Shown: positions 39,701 to 47,460 of the stretch, piece by piece
Layout of the letters: every line of letters begins with the position of its first letter
Numbering within the stretch: the first letter of the stretch is position 1
Assembly (NCBI GenBank): GCA_963774265.1
Contig: CAVZDU010000008.1
Span: forward strand, 128,001-192,000
DNA from: an uncultured Chloroflexia bacterium
GTDB taxonomy: Bacteria > Chloroflexota > Anaerolineae > CG2-30-64-16
DNA length: 64,000 nt
Reading direction: 5' to 3'
Notes under the pieces: model-generated
Database searches by the model: none
The model's input: the letters and a program-made list of their open reading frames with translations, nothing else
What the model was told of the DNA's origin: nothing
Position numbers and translations under genes: made by a program

Positions 39701-39845
39701 CGGAAATGAAGGGCCACAGCGCGGGCAGGATCAGGATCGGGAGAAGCAGCCACATGCGATGCGATGTCCAGGCAATCGCTGCCCTGATGATCCGTGCGAT
39801 GGGGTCAACGAATCTGCGGCCGTTTCTGAAGCTCACGAAAATCAC
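36738..39845 (-). CDS. PTPS-related/YfhO-like GT-C membrane protein with three C-terminal repeat domains
   Basis: DGQLHLLR, PRWAPELMLGHGYPVFNFYAPL, YAPYLLTNIYIRGAIAE, THNIT, QFPWR and FYFPGWRV; start uncertain. Confidence 0.82.
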   Translation of the reverse strand: MIFVSFRNGRRFVDPIARIIRAAIAWTSHRMWLLLPILILPALWPFISEGLPRSFDGQLHLLRIGVLDYHLRDGTLFPRWAPELMLGHGYPVFNFYAPLTYYLVEALHLLGLSYYTAFIVGMASLVLLAGYGMYFLASDVFGENHPWARLTAATAYAYAPYLLTNIYIRGAIAEAGAQAILPWLLWSARRLLHSRQPVRYFLPFVLTLGGLAVTHNITLLFAPPVLVGYLVLHWWQGQRSPVSLRWVGLGIFFAMGISAFFWLPLIGERRYLSSAAYEISREIWLPNAVWTWHNFLDRRLVFGHSFDRPVRLGLTQLGLAGAGCFLARRRDAEWLFFAGVALISGLLIGAWALPIWLGSSVLQVAQFPWRLLSVLSLPLALFAGGCLLRVPQDWRQTCAAALLITLVLVGNSPHLSWMDVFSPTDTEVTLPVAAQAEREKGAEEGGQGDSAVQEFRPRWADRSLMLDPAAIEATPDLTLTVETANSYELTMTVGSKAGGPLRFGDFYFPGWRVTVDEEGALSPYPSTNLGLLTVDVPAGTHQVRVSWTGTALQRGADAISLLALALLAWFCWRQRVWRWLALLPLALVMIGIIGTLWQRPVQSVQQVVTSAQMGGVRLLGYRLEQERPTHLYLYPYWHVTTSPSPTFHVRWQLVDVSGQVRADMTARPYFNTSLASNWSPGSLVRDAYQLPLPPGLSAGTYQLLFRGGDSQAELDKPLLLAGSIAVPEDIPLQAGPANSLDIRFDDTIRLAGFDQLRNGRQVPLAGERPVVVRPRDHLVYQLYWQALEPIDENYHGFIHLSDSLGQPLVGEDHLPGSGFKPPALWDLYYLQTDTYLLRIPAGATSGVYWPSVGLYDFRSMERLTTKDATTQISNDHFRLPPVKVIGPEPAPPEHRTAITFGDVVSLNGYSLQLPASGLQAGDVFTLTLSYQSRTPTPIDYTRFIHLHSPSAGMAAQNDGLPQGGNNPTWSWVPGEIVVDRVQLQVKADAPPGVYGLYTGLYDAAAGGQRLPAQDAHGDPIPDARVMLTEITIQSD

Positions 39846-39928
39846 GCATTTCCCAACAATCGGGATAGCCGTAGCGACTGTACGATTCTATCACAGGGAC
39901 AAGGCGCGCCCAAACACATACGATCAAG

Positions 39929-41106
39929 GATAGTGTACCGCTTTCGGTAGAAAATCCGTATCATGGTTGTGCCGGCAGTCGTGGGATGGGATAGCGGTAA
40001 TCGGCTTCTTGAGTGATCACCACGAGGATACCGTTATCGGAGTGATAGGCGCCAGCCGTGCGGATGTGGCGGCGCAGGGTGCGATTGAAGTGTTCCAGGC
40101 GACTGGTGGTGCGCAAGTGGCGCCGGTGCCAGGTGGGATGGGCTTGTTCCGGGGCAAAGTAGGCCAGGGTGGCCCGGATGTCCCGCCGGAGTGTGGCGAC
40201 GGCAGCGGGCTGGCTGGTATGGCACTTGCGCCACACAGCCAGATAACGGCGCAGGACAGTGGCGTATTCCTTTGCGGCCCAGATGACCTGAAAGTCTTTG
40301 AGGATGGTTCGCCGGCCGCGGGTGCGCTCAGGGCGAGTCAAGCCCTCGGGGAGTTGCAGGGCGTTGGCGATGTTGCGCAGTTTGTGCACCCAGCAGCGTT
40401 GGTAGGCGGCGTCAAAATTGACCATCTGGAGTGCGGCGCAGAGCCTATCGCCGCCATCATGAATGATTCAGTTGGAGGCCCTGCTCGCCGCGCACGCCCT
40501 GTGCTTCCAAGCGGGTCAGGAAGGCCAGCCACGCCTGGGTGTCTTCGCTCAATGGCGCAATTCGGCCTGCATATCCCGTAGGGAGTGGCCCATCTTGCCC
40601 CAGCGCTGTAGTTGCTCATCGACTTCATCGCTCAGGCGCTGATAGGGCCGCAGCAGCCCGCTGAAGTCCAGCTGGACGCTGCGGCCGCATTGGCACACGA
40701 CCCGCGGCAGCTCTAAACGCAGTTGATAGTCCAGACAGCTGAGGATGCGTGGACGATAGCCATTGCGGCTGAAGTAGTCGCAGTGCCGGTTCTGGCAGTT
40801 GCAGCAGCGCCCGCTTTGTTCCCAGTCCGCCGGCACGCTGACGCGCCACTCGTAGGCGGTGCGCCCCAGTAGGTGATCGACGCCCTGCGTCAAGAGCTAA
40901 TTCAACCGCTCACTCATCTGGCGCTGCACAGTCGCTTGCGCCTCATTGAAGGCTGTCGTGAGCATCGCACGTCCGTTGACTTTCCGACGTTCTGGCTGTA
41001 GGCTCAGCATGGTGGAGTGTCCTCCCGGTAGGCAGTGGTTTGTACGACCCTTACCTTACCAGGTCTGCGCTCCACCGCACATTCCCACCGAAAGGGATAC
41101 ACTACC
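39929..41106 (-). mobile_element. Defective IS256-family insertion sequence
   Basis: Imperfect terminal IRs: GATAGTGTACCGCTTTCGGTAG at 39929 and GGTAGTGTATCCCTTTCGGTGG (reverse complement) ending at 41106. They enclose transposase fragments; no matching target-site duplication. Confidence 0.85.
39961..41010 (-). pseudogene. IS256/Mutator-type transposase pseudogene
   Basis: ATG at 41010 after GGGAGG, in-frame TAG at 40897-40899, then SRNGYRPR..LPR, YQRCWVHKLRN and LRTTSRLEHFNRTLRR. The central catalytic segment appears deleted near 40440-40550. Confidence 0.85.
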
Positions 41107-41512
41107 GCCGATGCGGCTGGGTGAACAGATCCACTTTCTGGGGTACAATATCTCTTCGGAAGATGGCATCTTCTTCCTGGCGTTGTTTTGGCGGCCGTCT
41201 GCACCCGTGGTGGAGAAGTATAAGGTGTTCGTACACCTGCTCGATAGGGTGAACAACATTGTGGCACAAAATAACAGCATACCGGTGGGAGGCTTACGGC
41301 CTACAGACAGCTAGGGCAAGAATGGCGAAGAGGAGGTCATTGTCGATAATTATGCAATCACTACCCCGGATGGCTCCGGCTCGGCGCCGCTCAAATTCGC
41401 CCTGGGCATGTACAGTACCGTCACGGGCGTGTGAATACCGATCTACCATTCTCACGGACAGCGCCAACCTAACGATGCAATCTCGGTGGAAGACATCCCG
41501 TTCGGACCATAG
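41107..41512 (+). pseudogene. 3' remnant of a GT-C paralog (single C-terminal repeat domain)
   Basis: LGEQIHFLGY..LALFWR..YKVFVHLLD..IVAQNNSIP..RPTDS*..EVIVD..LGMYSTVTGV*IP, with stops at 41312 (Trp site) and 41432 (Arg site). It begins exactly at the IS end. Confidence 0.85.
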
Positions 41513-41549
41513 AGAGTGGAGTAAACACCCTGGCTGAAGTGGACATGCA

Positions 41550-44252
41550 GTGAGCGGATATCGAAGGACCCACCGATGGATTCGTGCGGCGCTGCTGGCA
41601 GTCATCCTGTTGGCATCTGCGTTGCGACTCTGGCAATTGCCTGTGTTGCCGCCCGGTCTTTCGTGGGATGAGGCCATCAACGGCATAGACGCACGTATGG
41701 TGCTGAGTGGCGCGGGTCTGCCTCTGTATTTCACCGCCAACAACGGGCGTGAACCGCTCTTTATTTACCTCCAAACGCTATCAGTGGCGATCTTCGGGTC
41801 GACGCCGTACGCGCTGCGGCTCGTCTCGGCCTTCTTAGGTATTTTGACGATACCAGCCCTCTATTTCTGTGCTACCACGCTCCTACGACCTGTAAAGACC
41901 GATTCGCCGGAGGACGGCGCGGAACATCACCCCGGAATGTCCTCTCCAGAGGATTACAGGGATGAGGCCAGGCTTGCCGGATGGACTGCCTTGTTGACGG
42001 CAACAGGTCTCGCCATCTCCTACTGGCATCTGAGCCTGAGCCGGCTGGGGCTGCGGGCAGTGATGTTGCCATTGGTGAGCGCACTGGCCATTGCCTGGTT
42101 CTGGCGTGGCTGGACAAAGAACAGACGCCGGGACTATGCCCTGTCAGGCGCCTGGTTTGGGATAGCGCTGTACACGTACACCGCCGCGCGGTTTCTGCCA
42201 GTTGTCGCCCTTCTCTTTGTCCTGTGCGAGGCGATCCTGGATGCCTGGCGCGCCCGTCACCAGGCCACCGGAACCCGATCGGGATGGTGCCAGGTCTGGC
42301 AGCAGCGCCTGGTTGGGCTGGGATTGCAGGTCGGAATCTGCGTCGTCGTGGCCGCGCCGCTGGGGTTCGCAGCCTGGCGCGATCCTTATACCGTACTGGG
42401 GCGAGCCGCCCAGGTCTCTGTGTCTGGTGTGTCACAGGGCCAGGCGGAAGTCGCGCCTTCGTCACTAATTGAGAACCTGGTGCGCGTAGCCCGGAGTTTC
42501 TATGACCGAGGAGATCAGAACCTCCGGCACAACCTGCCGGGCCGCCCGGTCAACGACCCGTTGCTGGCGCTGCTTTTCACGTTGGGCTGGCTGACCGCTC
42601 TCCTTAAACTGAGGCAGGCGCCTCATCGCCTGCTTCTCATCTGGCTCGTTGTCATGCTCCTGCCTACCATTCTTGCCACCCCGGCGCCTCATAGTCTCCG
42701 GAGCGCTGGAGCTCTTCCTCCGCTGGCCCTGCTTTGTGCGGTCGGGGCACGCTCACTGCTCCGGTTGGTTTCTCAGGTATGGAATCGCTCAGGCAAGCGA
42801 CCTGGGGCCCTCCGGCGCCAGGGGGCGCCAATCCTGATCTTAGCCGTGGTCCTGATCAGCGGCTCTCTGACGGTGCGCGACTACTTCCTGCGCTGGGCCA
42901 GGTCGCCTGACCTTGGCCAGGCGTTTGACCTGCAAAGGCAGCTTGCCGCCGAGACAGCAAGCAAGCATCTGATGGAGGCCTCGGTCGGTGAGCCGCTCCT
43001 GTTGTCGGATGAGCTCTACACCCAGCCGCAGATGGTCTTCGTCCTTGGCGTGCCACCGGAGGTGGCGCTTCCCACATCTTGGGTGCCCGCCGGCCATCCC
43101 GCAGGAAGTCGTTTCCTGTTGGAGGATGGTTTCGATCCACGCCAGCCGATGTCCCTTCTTTGGCAGGAACTGTCGGGACCCGTTTTCGCGGCGCTTGAGC
43201 CATTGTCCGCGGAGGATGCGCAACAGCTGGGCCAGGCGACTGAGGCGCCCAGGTCCGAGATGATCCGAGCGCCGCTCCACCAGGACGGCTGGCCGAGACT
43301 CCTCGCCGGAGCGCTGCCCGAGAGTGTTCTCTTGCAGCCGCGCCGGATTCAGACATCGCTGAATGTACGGTTCGCCAACGGCATTCGCCTCGTGGGGTAT
43401 GAGGTGCAACCCGACTGGCAGGCTCCCGCCGCCGCGAAACACGATGTCCGGCTTACGCTGTTCTGGCGGTTGGACGAGGATGCGGATCGCCCGGCAGCCC
43501 AGGCGAGCTCGGCATTCGTCCATCTGGCAAACCAGGACGGAGTTTGGGCGGATGCGAACGGGGCAGTAAGAGGCAGGTATTTCTATTCCTGGCCTCGGCT
43601 ACAGCGAACGATAGAGGATTCACGTATCCTGCATCCCCCAGAAGACATGCCGAACGGCAAAGCGTTCTTTGAGGTAGGGCTATTTCGTACCGATCTCACA
43701 GGGTCTGATCTGAAGGTGCGCACGGATATTCTCGACGATCAGAGCCGAGTTGTTGGAGATCGCGTTGAGCTCGGTGCGATCATGATCGGCCAGCCACCGC
43801 CGAAGGCCGATCTGTCAGACCTGCAGCCAGCTTCGGCCCGATTCGACGACCGAATTGAGCTCGTGGGTTGGCGCGTGGACCGCGATCCTGCGCAACCGGA
43901 TGGGCAGATCGTGCGAGTAGATCTGGGTTGGCGGGCGCTAGCACGATCAACGACCGACTACACCGCGTTCGTTCACCTGGTGAGGGAGGATAATAACGAC
44001 CAGATCGTCGCGCAGCATGATGAGGCCCCAGGTGGCGTCGCAAATCCAACGACGCGGTGGGTACCCGGGGAAACCGTGCGCTTAACATTCGTGCTCCAGT
44101 TGCCGTCCGGAGTACCGCCGGATGCGCTGAGGCTGCGCGTTGGGATCTACGAGCCCGTTTCCGGGAAACGACTGATGGTGGCCTCCCCCGAGGAGGATGC
44201 TGCCGGCACGTCCGGCGGTACGTTCCTGGACCTGCCTCTCCATGGATCCTAG
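41550..44252 (+). CDS. ArnT/PMT-like (GT-C) glycosyltransferase with two C-terminal repeat domains
   Basis: LRLWQLPVLPPGLSWDEAIN, NNGREPLF, SYWHLSLSRLGLR, YTYTAAR and RHNLPGRP; C-terminus DYTAFVHLV..WVPGE..VGIYEP. Confidence 0.85.
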   Translation: MSGYRRTHRWIRAALLAVILLASALRLWQLPVLPPGLSWDEAINGIDARMVLSGAGLPLYFTANNGREPLFIYLQTLSVAIFGSTPYALRLVSAFLGILTIPALYFCATTLLRPVKTDSPEDGAEHHPGMSSPEDYRDEARLAGWTALLTATGLAISYWHLSLSRLGLRAVMLPLVSALAIAWFWRGWTKNRRRDYALSGAWFGIALYTYTAARFLPVVALLFVLCEAILDAWRARHQATGTRSGWCQVWQQRLVGLGLQVGICVVVAAPLGFAAWRDPYTVLGRAAQVSVSGVSQGQAEVAPSSLIENLVRVARSFYDRGDQNLRHNLPGRPVNDPLLALLFTLGWLTALLKLRQAPHRLLLIWLVVMLLPTILATPAPHSLRSAGALPPLALLCAVGARSLLRLVSQVWNRSGKRPGALRRQGAPILILAVVLISGSLTVRDYFLRWARSPDLGQAFDLQRQLAAETASKHLMEASVGEPLLLSDELYTQPQMVFVLGVPPEVALPTSWVPAGHPAGSRFLLEDGFDPRQPMSLLWQELSGPVFAALEPLSAEDAQQLGQATEAPRSEMIRAPLHQDGWPRLLAGALPESVLLQPRRIQTSLNVRFANGIRLVGYEVQPDWQAPAAAKHDVRLTLFWRLDEDADRPAAQASSAFVHLANQDGVWADANGAVRGRYFYSWPRLQRTIEDSRILHPPEDMPNGKAFFEVGLFRTDLTGSDLKVRTDILDDQSRVVGDRVELGAIMIGQPPPKADLSDLQPASARFDDRIELVGWRVDRDPAQPDGQIVRVDLGWRALARSTTDYTAFVHLVREDNNDQIVAQHDEAPGGVANPTTRWVPGETVRLTFVLQLPSGVPPDALRLRVGIYEPVSGKRLMVASPEEDAAGTSGGTFLDLPLHGS

Positions 44253-47200
44253 CGCGATCCGAAAGGATTCCGACAATGATTTGTCACGTAGCGCAAGGTG
44301 GCATCTTGCGCTACGTAAGTCCCTGCCGGCTTTGCTGACCCTTCCTGCGCTCTGGCCTCTGATCAGCGAAGGGTTACCGCGCGCACAGGATACCGTGATG
44401 CATCTGATGCGCCTGGGCGCTCTCGACTATCAGATACGACATGGCACGCTCTACCCTCGCTGGTTGCCGGGACTGATGCTCGGTCACGGCTATCCGCTGC
44501 TTAACTTCTACGGTCCGCTACCTTACTTCCTCGCAGAAGTGTTTCGACTGGCGGGATTCAGCTACACCCTGGCGTTTACTCTGACGCACACCATCTGGAT
44601 TCTTCTCGCTATCTACGGCATGTTCACCCTGGCCTCTGACGTGTTCGGTAAGTCACAATGGTATGCCGCTCTGGTGGCTGCGGTAGCATATGCCTATGCG
44701 CCATACTTGCTCACCAATATTTACATTCGGGGGGCGATCTCTGAGGCCGGCGCGCAAGCGGTCCTGCCTTGGGTCCTCTGGAGCGCCAGGCGACTGATGC
44801 GCGGTGAACAGACGACCCGCTATGTCATGCTCTTAGCGTTCAGCCTGGGCGCACTGGCCATAACTCACAACATCACCCTGCTGTTTGCGGCGCCCGCGGT
44901 GCTTGCGTACATGATCGTGCTTTGGTGGCAGGGCGGCTGCAGCCGTCAGAGGCTGCTTTGGGGCGCCATGGGGCTGTTGGCTGCCATGGGTGTCAGTGCA
45001 TTCTTCTGGCTTCCTGTTGTGGTCGAGCAAGCCTACCTTGACCAAAGCGCATATCGAGTTTCAACAGAGGTCTCGCTGCTCCGCAGCGCTTGGACCTGGG
45101 ATAGCTTCCTCGATACAGTCCCTGGCCTTCAAGTACAGCTCTACCACGCCATTTCGTCTTGGACTAATCCAGATTGCCCTGGCAACAACAGGCTTTATCC
45201 TGACGCCGGCTATGCCGTCTAGAGCCGGCATGGCCCGTCGCCAGAGTGCTGAGTGGTGGTTTTTCCTCATCGTGGCTCTGCTTGCAGGGCTGACCGCCAG
45301 CGCCTGGACCTTACCCGTTTGGCTGAACAGCAATCTGTTGCAGGTCGCCCAATTCCAGTGGCGGTTGTTGTCCGTCATGTCACTGCCGCTCGCGCTCTTC
45401 ACCGGCGGCATTGCCCTCCGCATCCCGTCTGCCCGCTGGCGTCTTGCGGAGAAACCACTTCACTTTGCCGTCGCTGCTGGACTGCTTGCGCTGATCATGT
45501 GCGCCAACCGGCCTGCATTCGATCAACTTCGTGTATTTTCGCCGGCCAACACCGAGCCTACCCAGTCCGTAATCGCACAACTGGAAGTGGAGAACAAGGT
45601 GTTCGGCGCCAGCGGCATTCAGGAGTTCAAGCCACGGTGGGCCGGAGATGTCACCAAGTTGGCGCCAATGCCAGAGGCGCCGGCCAGTGAAGCAGAACGC
45701 CTCCCTCAGGAAGTTGACCTGGTATTGTCCAGAGGGAATGCCTACGATCTCGAGGCCAGAGTCTCGGTCGCTGCCGGCGGTCCTTTGAGATTCAGCCAGT
45801 TCTACTTCCCCGGCTGGCGGGTAATTCTCGATCGCCGGACGGTGCTCCAAGCCTATCCCAGTACGAGCCTGGGCCTGCTCACCGTGGATCTCCCGCCCGG
45901 CGCCCACGAGCTGTCACTTTCGTGGAGCGGAACGGCGCTTCAACATGTGGCAGCGGGGACCACGCTGGTGACGCTGGCTGCCCTGGTCTGGGTATGGCGC
46001 CCTTGCAGGCGGCGTCGATGGTTCCTCCTGCCTCTGGGGCTATTTGGCCTGAGCGTCATACTGGGGGTGTGGCAACGCCCCCTGGCCCCGATCCAGGCGC
46101 CTCCCTCCGGGCAAGTCATAGAAGCAGATGGTGCAAGATTGTTAGGTTACCGGTGGGAGCGGGATGATCGTGACCATCTGTTCCTGTATCCGTACTGGTA
46201 TGTGTCGGCCGGCCCACCTGCATCGTTGCGCGCTCGCTGGCAACTTCAGGACGACACCGGCCGTGTTCTGGCTGATGTTACTTCCCAACCGTACTACAAT
46301 GCCGACACCGCCAGCAACTGGCCTCCACGTACGGTAGTGAGCGACGCCTACCAACTTCCCCTGCCACCGGGCCTGCCCGCCGGCACGTACCAGCTCGCCA
46401 TCGGGCTAGGGAGTTCCGAAGCTGTTGCCGGGGAGCAGACCGAGGAGGCGTTGGCCGCTCCGCTGACGCCGGTGGGCACACTCACGCTTGCTGTGCCCGT
46501 GCCTGACGAGGCGACTCCGGATCACCCGCTAGACGTTTATGTGGGCGACGCTGTCCGCCTGGCCGGATTTGATGTCTCCCCGGCCGGGACGACAGTGAAG
46601 GCCGGCCAGGATCTGGACTTCACCCTGTACTGGCAGGCTTTGCAGCCGGTTGCCACGAACTACCACGGTTTCGTCCATCTTGTGGATGCCCGCGGTCGCC
46701 CCTTGACGCAACTTGACCAACTTCCCGGGCCATCCTTCCGGCCGCCGATGCTCTGGGCGGGTGATCGCCTGGAACCAGATGCGTACCACTTGCGCATACC
46801 CGAGGACGCCCCCAGTGGATTGTACTGGCCGATGGCCGGCCTGTATGATTATGCAACGTCGAAGCGACTTCTGGTGCGTGACTCGGGCGGACAAAACCTG
46901 GGCGATGCCGTGCGTCTGCCGCCCACCAAAGTCCTTGGTCGCGCGCACGGCGCTCCCAAGTATCGAGTCCAGGCGCGGTTTGATGATCTGGCAGCGCTTC
47001 TGGGCTACGATTTGAATATCGCCTCACCGGGACTGCGAGCAGGCCAGTCTTTCACTCTGACCCTATACTACAAGTGCCAAACGACCACATCGGCGGATCT
47101 GACACGTTTTGTCCACCTTTACGGTCCTGCGGGTAGCATGGCCGCCCAGAATGACAGTATGCCCGCAGATGGTGCGAATCCGACTTGGAGTTGGGTGCCG

Positions 47201-47389
47201 GGCGAAGTGATCGTAGAGGAAATATCCTTGACGACAGCCAGTGACGCACGTCCAGGTGTCTACTCGCTGAGCATCGGTTTCTACAATGCCCAGGCTGGAG
47301 GACAGGCGCCACGCCTGCCCGTCTTCGATGCGCATGGGCAGCCGTTGCCAGACAGCCAGGTGATCCTGACTGAGGTTGAAATAAAGTAA
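44242..47389 (+). CDS. PTPS-related/YfhO-like GT-C membrane protein with three repeat domains, frameshift near 45120
   Basis: Close paralog of 36738-39845 (LPALWP.ISEGLPR, YAYAPYLLTNIYIRGAI.EAGAQA, NPTWSWVPGE); two ORFs join across one indel. Confidence 0.82.
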
Positions 47390-47409
47390 GGCGCGGTCGG
47401 GCCTTACAT

Positions 47410-47438
47410 TTGACCCACCTTCGCGCCAGTGGTATCCT
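47410..47438 (+). promoter_or_regulatory. Possible internal sigma70 promoter
   Basis: TTGACC (47410-47415) - 17 nt - TATCCT (47433-47438), preceded by an extended -10 TG. Confidence 0.5.
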
Positions 47439-47460
47439 GCTGACCCATCGATAGAAGCCC

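Noticed and set aside
41312-41434. In-frame TAG/TGA as pyrrolysine/selenocysteine recoding
   Set aside because: They fall at conserved Trp (TGG) and Arg (CGA) positions in a 5'-truncated remnant, consistent with nonsense transitions.
41900-41970. Possible REP-like hairpin in the variable loop of the 900-aa GT-C
   Set aside because: The stems are short and imperfect, and cannot be distinguished from chance at this GC content.
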